Below are positions 10,073 to 20,015 of a stretch of DNA of 64,000 nucleotides, piece by piece (within the stretch, counting starts at the first letter, position 1; each line of letters begins with the position of its first letter). The notes under the pieces were generated by a model. That model searched no databases and was not told the DNA's origin. It saw only the letters and a program-made list of their open reading frames with translations. Source of the stretch: a virus; IMG/VR virus record IMGVR_UViG_3300042402_001868, positions 64,001-128,000 of that record; one strand, 5' to 3'. The translations under genes and the position numbers were made by a program.

Positions 10073-11213
10073 AAAGGTTCTTTAGTAAAGTATTTAATCT
10101 GTCTAGTTTAGTGGATTGAAATAACTGCTGGTTGTGCAGTATGTCATCGCGGCATCGTAAAAATATGCTGTGCGGGTCTTGTTGTATGAGTTCAAGTGTG
10201 TGTTTTATTTTGAGCCAACGCTGAGTGTTGTCAGTTTCTAAATCGTATGTGTTGTCCAATACGCTATCAAATGTTCTGTACCCTAGCTCACGCAAACATT
10301 GCAAACTACCTGCAGGAGCAACTAGCACAAATGGTTGTGCATTCTTTATGGGTTTGAATGTTTTTTCTGTCAAGAACGCACCGCCTGAGCCGTCGGCATC
10401 AAAGTGTGTTTCGATTACAACATTAAAGTATGCATCTGTGTAGTGTTCAGGGACTACTAATGCATGATTGTTGTGCTCATCAACTGTTAAGGTATCGCAG
10501 CGATAAGGACCATTTTGCATGAATACATCAATTGCAACATTGGGCAATTGTTCTATGGGATTGTGTGTAGGATCATCGCCAAGCGGTAGTTCAGTGTTGT
10601 AACTCCACAAACTCTGTGACAGCATGTTGCTCTGTAACAAGTCTGCCATTATGGCTGCTCGCCACCATTTGTGTGTTCTGCTGAGTGCAACAAATGTGTA
10701 TGGTCGGTGTCTGGCATGAAACTCAACAGGTGCTACATCTTGATTCCTGCGCCAGAACAACAGTTCATGATCAGGAAAGTACACAAAGCCTGGGATTGAT
10801 TTGGCTGCGGTATTGCCTGAAACAAATCTATAACAGCTAGTAGATAATCCATGTTGTTGGCACAATGAATCTAGACGTTGTTTGATGTTATGCGGATTGT
10901 CGCCTTCGTGATAGTAAAATATCACTGTGATTAGTCCTTGCTGAATTCTTTGCAGTAATGAATCAGCAACAAGAGCAAAATAATCAATGGCAAAATCAAA
11001 AAAGCCCAAGCCAATCACGTAGTAGCCATTGCCTTCAGTGGTTAAATTATACTGGTACCCATGATCGTCCATGTGTCCAAACAATTCTGCAGGAGTGGTG
11101 TGCGGCCAATGTTGCCCAAACTCTCTCCAGGCCTGTGTGTACGGTCTAGCTTGGTGTTGTGCCAGTGCAGGATATGGACGGCCCTTAATAATTGAATCAG
11201 TTACGAAGTTCAT
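10032..11213 (-). CDS. Putative GT-B glycosyltransferase-like protein (TEK motif)
   Basis: VVIET..FLTEKTFKPI..PF..LRELGYRTF..DNTYD, reminiscent of the GT10 donor-binding motif; function uncertain. Confidence 0.55.
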   Translation of the reverse strand: MNFVTDSIIKGRPYPALAQHQARPYTQAWREFGQHWPHTTPAELFGHMDDHGYQYNLTTEGNGYYVIGLGFFDFAIDYFALVADSLLQRIQQGLITVIFYYHEGDNPHNIKQRLDSLCQQHGLSTSCYRFVSGNTAAKSIPGFVYFPDHELLFWRRNQDVAPVEFHARHRPYTFVALSRTHKWWRAAIMADLLQSNMLSQSLWSYNTELPLGDDPTHNPIEQLPNVAIDVFMQNGPYRCDTLTVDEHNNHALVVPEHYTDAYFNVVIETHFDADGSGGAFLTEKTFKPIKNAQPFVLVAPAGSLQCLRELGYRTFDSVLDNTYDLETDNTQRWLKIKHTLELIQQDPHSIFLRCRDDILHNQQLFQSTKLDRLNTLLKNLYEQNQLLYQLATS

Positions 11214-12318
11214 TCAACATGTTAATCAGTTCAGGCCACAGGATGTTTTCCAACCCAGTGCCATAAAAGTGTTCAAAGTTGTGTTCTACAATGGGCAAGC
11301 AAGCACGATGTATTTGTTGACGTTCTGCTACACTAAGGTTATCTAGATCTTTTAGTAGCCCGGTAATCTTTTCGATCCGCTTGACATCATCTGTTTCCTC
11401 ATCATAACTTTCGTCAAATATGCCATCAAATGTTCGGAATCCGTAACTACGCATGTACTCCAAACTATGTGCAGGTGCTACCAACACAAACGGCATCTCT
11501 AATGCAATTGCCTTGAATGTTTTTTCGGTAATGTGCAACCGTCGACCAAAGTACACAGTCTCTGTGGGAACATACACCAAACTATCCTGCGCTTCTGCAT
11601 AATTGCCTAGCCAACAACTGGTCATGATTTGAGTTTCTTCGCCTGCAAACAATCTAGGCAACTCTGCTGCCAAGAACACTTGCTCTATGTCAGGATATAT
11701 GTTATTATACTTGAGTGCTATTTGTGAAATGTCCACGTGCTCATAAGGACATATTCTAGGAGCCGAAATATAATTATGATCCAATCCATGCCGGAATACA
11801 TTGTACAGAAACAACACCCTGTGATCTCGTTTGCCGGCAACAATTCTGTTTGGACTCATGAATGTGCGGGTGGGTGCTCTATCGGCAGCCCGGGGAATCA
11901 GGAACGTTTTATCGTAGCCACGGAACCAGTCTTTGCAAGCCCATCCATGATAAAAATAGTAATGCGGTTTCCAGCCATATATATCTGTAAGTTTTTTAAC
12001 GTACTCTCCGTGTTCGCTAACAATAACATGTCCATTAACACTTCTGCTACGTGCCTCAGGCGGCTTGCCCCAATACTGAATATCTTCAGTTCTAACTTTG
12101 ACATCGTCAAATAACAATTTGTGCAAATCTAAATGCACAGGCTCTTGATCATGCAAAAAAATAAAATCAGTTTCAGGAATATCATCCCTACCAAAATTAA
12201 ACAATGCTTCGGGATCGCTACGTCCTGGAGGATCACAGAAAAATGTTCTAGTACCGGGGATGTGTTGATCTATCCAGGGCCAAAAAGTGTTGTTGTAAAT
12301 TTCGTCTATTCTAATCAT
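11197..12318 (-). CDS. Putative GT-B glycosyltransferase-like protein (TEK motif), paralog of the adjacent gene
   Basis: TET..ITEKTFKAI..PF..GFRTF..DESYD. Confidence 0.55.
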   Translation of the reverse strand: MIRIDEIYNNTFWPWIDQHIPGTRTFFCDPPGRSDPEALFNFGRDDIPETDFIFLHDQEPVHLDLHKLLFDDVKVRTEDIQYWGKPPEARSRSVNGHVIVSEHGEYVKKLTDIYGWKPHYYFYHGWACKDWFRGYDKTFLIPRAADRAPTRTFMSPNRIVAGKRDHRVLFLYNVFRHGLDHNYISAPRICPYEHVDISQIALKYNNIYPDIEQVFLAAELPRLFAGEETQIMTSCWLGNYAEAQDSLVYVPTETVYFGRRLHITEKTFKAIALEMPFVLVAPAHSLEYMRSYGFRTFDGIFDESYDEETDDVKRIEKITGLLKDLDNLSVAERQQIHRACLPIVEHNFEHFYGTGLENILWPELINMLNELRN

Positions 12319-15300
12319 GTTTGATATTTTTTATTCGGGTAAGAAGCCAGGTTTATTTGCACATGAACGTGCGGCAGATAGTATTGAGCATGCACAAAGT
12401 TTGAGTCGCACAAGGTTCTTTTGGTGGGTGTCATACTTATGTGACTATAGTGACTGGGATTGGTTTTACGAGCCAGTGCCCTGGCAAACACATCAACGTC
12501 ATGCATGGCTAGATCAATATCACATCGATGCAGGTGTTTATCTTGTTCCTAAAAACGGATATGCAGAAACAAATTATCATGCAGAGCGTCAAGTACACAG
12601 ATTGCCTGACATTGATTATTGGCACATACCCAACTGGATTAATCCTGCTAGTATAGATTTTAGGTGGGCACCTAATCCTACCGATCCTCCTTACATATAC
12701 GAGTTTCCTGTAGAATGGGATTGGAATAGAATAGGCGGTCCAGAATACAGAATCCCAGGAGCAACTGACCGCAAGTACATGGATGCATTTGTTACTCGTA
12801 CACAGTCTGACAGAGACATGTGGAAAGTATACGACAATGTAGCTGACACTGATGCAGTGTTTGCCTGGCATCCAAATCCATTTGATCCACCAATGATTTA
12901 TGTGTTTGGCAATCAACATTGGCCAGCAGAAGTGCGGGCCAGTGTAGAATATCATGTACCGGGTGCTACTGTAAAAAAATACATGGACAATATACGCACA
13001 GTACGACTGCCAGACAAGAGTAAATTTACTTGTTTGTATCCTTGTGAGTTTGATTGGTCGTGGGAACCAGATCCAGGAGATCCTCCTTACATATATGTGT
13101 TTGGTAATCAGTGGTGGCCTGCAGAAAAGATGGCCACAGTTGAATATCATGTGCCGGGTGCAATAGAGCGTAAGTTCATGGATCAGCCTGCGACCTTACT
13201 AAGCAACAAAAACAATTGGTCGGTGCCCGATAATGTTGATCCATTAAGTATTGATTATTCATGGGTACCTGATCCTGGAGATCCACCTTATACCTATGTG
13301 TTTGGTAACCAGCACTGGCCTGGAGAAATAATGCCTACTGTGGAATATCATGTTCCAGGCGCAACTGAATGCAAGTACATAGATTATATTCGGGTAACAC
13401 TTACAGAATGCATGGATAACTGGGAAATACTGGAAGAAATTGCACATGATGAATGGGACTGGAGTTGGATACCAAATCCTTTAGATCCTCCTTACATATA
13501 TGTGTTTGGCAACCAATGGAACCCACCAGAATTCAAAGCCAGTGTCAAGTATGTTGCCCCAGGCGCCTCAGAAGTCAAGTACATGGATCGTCGAACACGT
13601 AGACTTCCGACTCCAAAATTGTTCAGACATAATCTAGCTGTGAGCAAGTTTGATTATTCCTGGGAACCAAATCCGTTTGATCCTCCCATGATGTATGTGT
13701 TTGGTAATCAGTGGAACTCAGCTGTACTAGAACCCACAGTGGTGTACAATGCAGGAGGCAACGAAATCAAATATGTAGATGACATCATTGCCACAGTAGC
13801 ACAAGATGTCAGCGCCTGGGAGTTGTTGGATGACATTGAATCATTTGATTACTCATGGAGACCCAATCCTACAGATCCTCCTTACATATACGTGTTTGGT
13901 AATCAATGGCTTACCCCCGAACAGCGTCCTGCACTAAGATACTGTATACCAGACGCAACTGATATCAAGTACATGGATCATCCGCGAGCACAACGTCGTG
14001 GTGATCACACACGCTTTGTTCAACACTATCCAGCATCGTTTAACTGGTCCTGGGAACCTGAACCTGGTAGCCCACCTTATAACTATGTGTTTGGCAATCA
14101 GTATTATTCTGCAGAAGTCATGCCCACGATAGAATATCGCATGAGTGGCGCAACAGAACGCAAGTACATGGATATTCCTGCACAGCTATTACCGCATCAC
14201 AGTAATCATTGGCACACACTTGTGGACTGTGAGTGGGACTATACATGGCGTCCAGAACCAGGATCGCCTCCTTACATTTATGTGTTTGGTAATCAATGGT
14301 GGTCAGCAGAAAAGATGCCTACATTAGAGTACCATATGGCCGGTGCCACTGAACGCAAGTACATAGAAGGCCCATTGGCTACACTACCAATAGACATGGT
14401 TAATTGGAGTATCCCAAAACATATTGATTTGACTGATATGGACTTTAGTTGGGTGCCTGACCCTGGCGAACCTCCTTATATCTATCAGTTTGCTACACAG
14501 CACCAAAAGACCGGCGGCCCACAGTATCGTATGCCTGGTGCAACAGAGTTCAAGTATGTGGACATGATGCGAGCTGAAGTAAAAAAAGAAGCCGCTCCTA
14601 TATTTGAAATTGATCACTTGGATGGTGCCGCAGGACAGATACCTGATGTAGTTAAGCGAGTGCGTTACTTTGACAACTATCGTGATACGCTAATACGCTT
14701 GGCCAAGAGCCTAGTAGGTGAATATGAACATGTATGGGTGTGTAGCAGTATATGTGATTACACTGACTTTGACTTTTCATGGCATCCAGAAACATGGCAA
14801 TCAACAATGTTGCATGTGTTTGCATCAGACAAAGAAAAGTTCGGGGACACATTCTACATGCATGTGCCTACCTTTGCTGAACGTGCTGAGAAAAAAGCCC
14901 TGTTAGAATGGTACAGTGTAAACTATGTGCCACGTCGGAGTGTGCCACGTAGACCCATGCCTGTAATCCATCACGCAGGTGACAGCCATGTAGATGCAGT
15001 TAAAACTACAACATGGGCAGGACCGCTTGCTACATTTACCACAACAGATTCAGCGCCGACTAACACAGTTACCGTTCCGCTATGGCGCAAAGAAACCAAA
15101 ACTATTGTGCCACTAAGTGCTGGAGCAACAAGTGTGATTGTGCCAAGGGTGGCCGTAGCCGACGTCCGTACACAACTATATGACTATGCCTACATAGACA
15201 AAACACACCGGACGGTTAAAGACTATCCCTTGGACATTGTGTTTATTTCAAATGGTGAACCCTACGCTGAATTTAACTTTGAGCATCTAAAGTGGGCAGT

Positions 15301-15928
15301 ACAAATGGAAGGCTTGGATTGCAATCACATTCATCACTCAAAAGGAGTAAACGGTCGTGTGGCAGCATATCAAGCAGCCGCCAGATTAAGCACAACACCT
15401 TGGTTCTTTGCTGTGTTTGCCAAGCTAGAAGTTGATCACAGATTTGATTGGACATGGCAACCTGATCGCATGCAACAACCCAAGCACTATATCTTCCATG
15501 CACACAATCCTGTGAATGGGTTGGTATATGGTCACCAGGCCATGATTGCTTACAACAAGCAAATGACACTGGAGAATACCGGAGGCGGCCTAGACTTTAC
15601 CATGGACCAACCACACGAAGTTGTGCCTATCATATCAGGCACAGCCAACTACACTGAATCTCCTTGGATGGCCTGGCGCACTGCATTCCGTGAAGTGCTA
15701 AAGCTCAAGCACAGCCTGCCCGATGTGGAAAATGAGTACAGACTCAACATGTGGCTCAGCAATGCTGGTGAAGTCAAGAACGCAGAGTGGAGCCAATTTG
15801 GCGCAGAAGATGCTGTAGAGTACTACAACGAAGTGGGTGGGAATTTTGCAGCCTTGAAGAAAAGCTATGAGTGGGAATGGTTGGCTAGTTATGCGTTTAT
15901 GCGACGCAGTCTAGCACCTGATCGCTGA
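12317..15928 (+). CDS. 1203-aa Trp/Pro-rich repeat protein with C-terminal GT-A-like domain
   Basis: Ten ~60-65-aa repeats (DxSWxPxPxxPPYIYVFGNQ..EYxxPGATExKYMD), then DIVFISNGEP..GVNGRVAAYQAAA. Confidence 0.8.
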   Translation: MFDIFYSGKKPGLFAHERAADSIEHAQSLSRTRFFWWVSYLCDYSDWDWFYEPVPWQTHQRHAWLDQYHIDAGVYLVPKNGYAETNYHAERQVHRLPDIDYWHIPNWINPASIDFRWAPNPTDPPYIYEFPVEWDWNRIGGPEYRIPGATDRKYMDAFVTRTQSDRDMWKVYDNVADTDAVFAWHPNPFDPPMIYVFGNQHWPAEVRASVEYHVPGATVKKYMDNIRTVRLPDKSKFTCLYPCEFDWSWEPDPGDPPYIYVFGNQWWPAEKMATVEYHVPGAIERKFMDQPATLLSNKNNWSVPDNVDPLSIDYSWVPDPGDPPYTYVFGNQHWPGEIMPTVEYHVPGATECKYIDYIRVTLTECMDNWEILEEIAHDEWDWSWIPNPLDPPYIYVFGNQWNPPEFKASVKYVAPGASEVKYMDRRTRRLPTPKLFRHNLAVSKFDYSWEPNPFDPPMMYVFGNQWNSAVLEPTVVYNAGGNEIKYVDDIIATVAQDVSAWELLDDIESFDYSWRPNPTDPPYIYVFGNQWLTPEQRPALRYCIPDATDIKYMDHPRAQRRGDHTRFVQHYPASFNWSWEPEPGSPPYNYVFGNQYYSAEVMPTIEYRMSGATERKYMDIPAQLLPHHSNHWHTLVDCEWDYTWRPEPGSPPYIYVFGNQWWSAEKMPTLEYHMAGATERKYIEGPLATLPIDMVNWSIPKHIDLTDMDFSWVPDPGEPPYIYQFATQHQKTGGPQYRMPGATEFKYVDMMRAEVKKEAAPIFEIDHLDGAAGQIPDVVKRVRYFDNYRDTLIRLAKSLVGEYEHVWVCSSICDYTDFDFSWHPETWQSTMLHVFASDKEKFGDTFYMHVPTFAERAEKKALLEWYSVNYVPRRSVPRRPMPVIHHAGDSHVDAVKTTTWAGPLATFTTTDSAPTNTVTVPLWRKETKTIVPLSAGATSVIVPRVAVADVRTQLYDYAYIDKTHRTVKDYPLDIVFISNGEPYAEFNFEHLKWAVQMEGLDCNHIHHSKGVNGRVAAYQAAARLSTTPWFFAVFAKLEVDHRFDWTWQPDRMQQPKHYIFHAHNPVNGLVYGHQAMIAYNKQMTLENTGGGLDFTMDQPHEVVPIISGTANYTESPWMAWRTAFREVLKLKHSLPDVENEYRLNMWLSNAGEVKNAEWSQFGAEDAVEYYNEVGGNFAALKKSYEWEWLASYAFMRRSLAPDR

Positions 15929-17006
15929 TGTATTCAACTTCTAGGTCTGTTAGTTCAGGGTAGATAGGCAGGCTGAGTACACGACGAGCAAGACTAGAAC
16001 TTGCGGCCAACATGTCTGGACCAGGATATGCACGATACAAACTCATTTCGTGTAGAGGATTTGCATAGTGTACTCGTGTGTCAATTTTGCGCAGTGCAAG
16101 ATTATCTCGTAGTGTATCGCGACCATCAACATCTATCACAAACTTATGCACAGCATGATTGTGTGCGTTAGAGTCGTTGATCAAACAGCGTATGTTTGCG
16201 TCTTTGAACCGATCACACCAGTGATCAGAAATCTTTTGTCTACGTGCCTGCCATATATCAATATGTTTTGCTTTGACCAGCATGTGAGCACAGTCTAGTT
16301 CACTCATGCGGCTGTTGGTGCCTGGATTGTGATGGGTGGGTTTGCCATTGTCACGCCAAGCTCTAGCATATTCTGCTAGATCTAAATCGTCTGTTACTAC
16401 AGCACCACCGTTGCCATAACAAGCCAAGTTTTTCATAGGATCAAAACTGATGGCAGCACCACCACGGCCAGTGCGGTAGCCATCTGCGGCCAACCAGTGT
16501 TGTGCGGCATCTTCAATTATGAGTGTTTCACGTTGCACCCAATGATTCCATGCACGAACATTGCCGTGATGGGTAACGGCCGCACCATACAGTCCGACCA
16601 TTACTATGGCTTGATAACTCAAGTTCTCGGGTATTTTGTTGACATCTATTAGGCCATGTATGTCTGTGTCAATAATGTGTATATCCCAGCCTGCACGTAT
16701 AAATGCATTGGCAGTGGCCACGTAGGTCATTGACGGAATCAACACCGTAGGAGGATGCGGCCCCAAGTGGTCCATCATAGCCCAGTAGCTGGCTAGAATT
16801 TCAAGTGCATGTGTGCCTGAGTGACAGGTCACGGCATAACGCACATGATTCTTTCGAGCAAGCCAAGATTCAAACTCAACGGTGTTGTTGCCGTTCATGA
16901 GTTGACCACTACGAAGAACCTCGTCAGTAGCGTCTAATATCTCTGTGCGGAGATTGTTATACTGCTTTTTTAAGCCCGTAAAGGGAATTGTAAGTCCAGT
17001 GTTCAT
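15897..17006 (-). CDS. DegT/DnrJ/EryC1/StrS PLP-dependent sugar aminotransferase
   Basis: SGTHAL, TYVATANA, EDAAQ, SFDPMKNL, GNGG and LSLPIYP. Confidence 0.95.
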   Translation of the reverse strand: MNTGLTIPFTGLKKQYNNLRTEILDATDEVLRSGQLMNGNNTVEFESWLARKNHVRYAVTCHSGTHALEILASYWAMMDHLGPHPPTVLIPSMTYVATANAFIRAGWDIHIIDTDIHGLIDVNKIPENLSYQAIVMVGLYGAAVTHHGNVRAWNHWVQRETLIIEDAAQHWLAADGYRTGRGGAAISFDPMKNLACYGNGGAVVTDDLDLAEYARAWRDNGKPTHHNPGTNSRMSELDCAHMLVKAKHIDIWQARRQKISDHWCDRFKDANIRCLINDSNAHNHAVHKFVIDVDGRDTLRDNLALRKIDTRVHYANPLHEMSLYRAYPGPDMLAASSSLARRVLSLPIYPELTDLEVEYISDQVLDCVA

Positions 17007-17683
17007 AATAAAACACCGTAATTAGATGGCACAATTGATTTTAACACAGTAACGTAAAGTTGATCAATTGCTGTAGTATTGTATACATCAACAATGGACC
17101 AAAATCTATGTTCTTCTTTTAATCCTAATTTTTGTTCTTGTGCAAGACAAAGTTTTAGAATTGAACAAGCATGATTTTGATCAATAGGAATACAATTTAA
17201 CTCATTGGTCTTGGTTAACATATCAATCATGTCACTAGTTGGGTCAGTACCTACAACTTTTTTGTACAATGCAACCATGAAGTCATTATCAAATGTGTCA
17301 GCAAAGTCCATTACAATATCATACAAATTGTAATCTAGCTCTTGATCCCATTCAAAAATTTCTTGTGAAAAATGTGTTAGCTTGGTAAATGTTTCTAAAG
17401 AAAATTCGTCTTGTGTAAAATCTGGAATCTGTAGATAGACATTTTTGCGTAAAAACAACAACGAATGTAAATCAATAGAATCTATTTTAGGTCGCACTCT
17501 TATCTTTGTGCCTACAAAGTTTTTGATATCGTTGACATTTTCTAACTTATGTATTTTAATATACGGCGGCCGTAGACTTGCACCACTATCAAACGCTAAT
17601 TTTGATAATCGATTTGTTAACCAGGCAGCAACAAATCCGCTACGAGCGCCTGGATCAGCGTGAATTAGTAAGTTCTGCCGCAT
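17003..17683 (-). CDS. Hypothetical protein (possible sulfotransferase-like N-terminal loop)
   Basis: AT-rich ORF; PGARSGFV near the N-terminus is only weakly suggestive. Confidence 0.55.
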   Translation of the reverse strand: MRQNLLIHADPGARSGFVAAWLTNRLSKLAFDSGASLRPPYIKIHKLENVNDIKNFVGTKIRVRPKIDSIDLHSLLFLRKNVYLQIPDFTQDEFSLETFTKLTHFSQEIFEWDQELDYNLYDIVMDFADTFDNDFMVALYKKVVGTDPTSDMIDMLTKTNELNCIPIDQNHACSILKLCLAQEQKLGLKEEHRFWSIVDVYNTTAIDQLYVTVLKSIVPSNYGVLL

Positions 17684-17717
17684 TGGTCATTCATCTATTC
17701 TTTGTCAGTCATTACGC

Positions 17718-18689
17718 TTATTCTGAAAGAGTGTATTGCCAGTATGAAGATTCACTTAACCAGTTGAAGTAATTTTGAAATCCTTCTTGTACATCTACTT
17801 TGGGGTCGTAACCTAGAATTGTTCTAGCACGATCAATGTTTAGTGCACCACGTGACGGAAAGTCTGCATCTTTGTCCTTGCACTCAATAGAGCCTTTGCC
17901 CACAATCTTAACAATCATTTCAGCGGCTTCTAACAAGCTCACTGAGTGTGATTTGGTGATATTGTAGGTGCCATTGCGACTCATGATGCGAATAGCAGCC
18001 GCCACAATACCATCGGCAGCATCGTCCACATAGGTAAAGTCTAGCGTCTCCCCTGCCCCATTAACTTTGAGAACGCCTCCTCGCATGGCGCCGAGCATAA
18101 ATTTTGCCACGACTCGGTCTTCCACGTCCAAGGGGCCGTATACAGCACTAGGCCTAATAACAGCGTAATCGAAAGCGCCGCGGCGATGGTAGTCTTTGAC
18201 AATGTCTTCTCCAGTTAATTTCATAATGCCATATTGGCCAATAGGTCGGCAGTCGTAGTCTTCTTCCACTTGATCATCAAAGTCGCCATACACCATTGAA
18301 CTTGAAATGTACACCACACGTTCTACACCGTGCTTTTTGGCACTCTCGCAAACATTGATCAAGCCTTCCATCATCACACGACTGCCCCAGGCAGGATTGG
18401 CATTGACAACTTTCTGTCGTGGAAAACTGGCCATGTGAATAATCACTTCAGGCTTGTGTTTATTTACTAGCCAATCAAAGTTGTCAGCATCTGTAATATC
18501 GATGTGATAGATGTTGTTGCCTGATATCTTTTTTAATCGTTCAGTCATCAAATAGTCAAGTTCCGCTTGTGGGATAATTCCGTAGTTGGTACGAGTGTCT
18601 GTGATGATTACTTCGTGCTCTAGAGCCTCTAATCGTTGCACAACATTGTGTCCAATTAGACCTAGTCCGCCTGTTACTAATATTTTCAT
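17718..18689 (-). CDS. NAD-dependent nucleotide-sugar epimerase/dehydratase
   Basis: MKILVTGGLGLIG, ISSSMVYG, YGIMK (YxxxK), DFTYVDD; start at the ATGA overlap. Confidence 0.93.
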   Translation of the reverse strand: MKILVTGGLGLIGHNVVQRLEALEHEVIITDTRTNYGIIPQAELDYLMTERLKKISGNNIYHIDITDADNFDWLVNKHKPEVIIHMASFPRQKVVNANPAWGSRVMMEGLINVCESAKKHGVERVVYISSSMVYGDFDDQVEEDYDCRPIGQYGIMKLTGEDIVKDYHRRGAFDYAVIRPSAVYGPLDVEDRVVAKFMLGAMRGGVLKVNGAGETLDFTYVDDAADGIVAAAIRIMSRNGTYNITKSHSVSLLEAAEMIVKIVGKGSIECKDKDADFPSRGALNIDRARTILGYDPKVDVQEGFQNYFNWLSESSYWQYTLSE

Positions 18690-19015
18690 TTGTTGCCCCA
18701 TTTCAATGTCCAAAAGATTTGATCCTGTTCGCTTAGTCTTGCCATGATACGATACAAGTGTCCATAACTAGAAATATCTGCTTGACGAGTCCAGTAAGGT
18801 TTCTCTACGGCATGTTCCATAATAAATTTACCAGCATCGCTTTCCTGCCATTTCCATATGGGATCAGCAACAAATAAATCAGGATCTTCAACATCTCCCA
18901 TGCGTATCTGGTGTACACACACATCACGGAATGTTACAGCCCGGTCTCCAACAATTTCAGTCCGTTCGGGTTTCCATTGCTGGTATTCGTCTGGGCGAGT
19001 GCTTGTTATTGCCAT
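18686..19015 (-). CDS. Hypothetical phage protein
   Basis: 109-aa ORF coupled to the epimerase. Confidence 0.65.
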   Translation of the reverse strand: MAITSTRPDEYQQWKPERTEIVGDRAVTFRDVCVHQIRMGDVEDPDLFVADPIWKWQESDAGKFIMEHAVEKPYWTRQADISSYGHLYRIMARLSEQDQIFWTLKWGNK

Positions 19016-19035
19016 GCGCTAGTATAGCATGAGGA

Positions 19036-19707
19036 TTAGTCTTTAGCAACCAAGTCGGCTGCCAGTGGGAAGATTGCTGTGATAGCTTTGGCACATGCCC
19101 TTGCAATCTCTTGGTGTTCTTTTTGTGTGCCGTTAGCACTACGCAATTCAATAAAGTGAATCCATGAGCGCAAGGTACCATTCATGTACAGTCTACTTTC
19201 AATCAGGCCTTCGGGCAACACGGCTCGGGCTTGTTCTTTAGCAATGCCATTTTTGATTGCCCATTCGTATTCACGTTGGGCCGCATAGATCACTCGTTGT
19301 TGCGCACGGAACCATTCGTTTTGTAGCAATACATCATCTGTCTCTACACTGTTTTGTCTATTCTTTGTGTCTTGCAGTCTAGCTTCTCTTGTAACAAAGT
19401 TGAGATCCTTTGTTGGGTCAGCATAGCGTTGAGAGAACTCTTGGAAACTAAAGCTTCTGTGTCTAAGGATTTGTCTTGCAATGTCTCTTGTGGTTGTAAT
19501 TTCCATGCAGGCTGACACCATTTCGAGTGGGCTCCAGTGCTGGTGTTTGACCAAGTATCGGATAAGTTTGTCTGATGTATCTGTGTTGAGCTGATTGGAG
19601 GGATTGCTGACACGGGCGCAATACGCAATGAGTTCCTGCGCATCGCCGATGCCCATATCTGCAAATCTCTCTGTTGGCTGTGAATAGGATAGTAATTGAA
19701 CATCCAT
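19036..19707 (-). CDS. thyX: Flavin-dependent thymidylate synthase
   Basis: HWSPLE, RQILRHRSFSFQEFSQRY, EQARAVLP and TQKEH. Confidence 0.97.
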   Translation of the reverse strand: MDVQLLSYSQPTERFADMGIGDAQELIAYCARVSNPSNQLNTDTSDKLIRYLVKHQHWSPLEMVSACMEITTTRDIARQILRHRSFSFQEFSQRYADPTKDLNFVTREARLQDTKNRQNSVETDDVLLQNEWFRAQQRVIYAAQREYEWAIKNGIAKEQARAVLPEGLIESRLYMNGTLRSWIHFIELRSANGTQKEHQEIARACAKAITAIFPLAADLVAKD

Positions 19708-19712
19708 GTTAT

Positions 19713-20015
19713 TTATAGTCCGTTAAGGAGTTTATCAGTTTCGGGTTGTAAAAGTTTGGCTACTTCGCTGACATCAACAACAAAGTCAATGTCTTTGACT
19801 TCGTCGCCAAATTCAGTTAGTGTACGGGTCAAGACAATTTCTAATTCGTCCATGTCAAGACCTTGTTTTTTAAGTGTAGCCAGATTGATGGTCCGTTGTT
19901 TCTTGCCATGCAATCTAATTACAACTTTTTTAATGCACTCAAGTGGGATTTCAGTCTTGTTTACTTCTTCAATGATGTGTTCCCACTTGGCCAGGAACTC
20001 ATCACTGAACTGCAT
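19713..20015 (-). CDS. Hypothetical phage protein
   Basis: 100-aa ORF in operon context. Confidence 0.7.
   Translation of the reverse strand: MQFSDEFLAKWEHIIEEVNKTEIPLECIKKVVIRLHGKKQRTINLATLKKQGLDMDELEIVLTRTLTEFGDEVKDIDFVVDVSEVAKLLQPETDKLLNGL

Noticed and set aside
12600-14600. CRISPR array or DGR repeats (recurring tatgtgtttgg..aatca)
   Set aside because: The repeats are in frame and degenerate at third codon positions within one ORF; no cas or reverse transcriptase gene.
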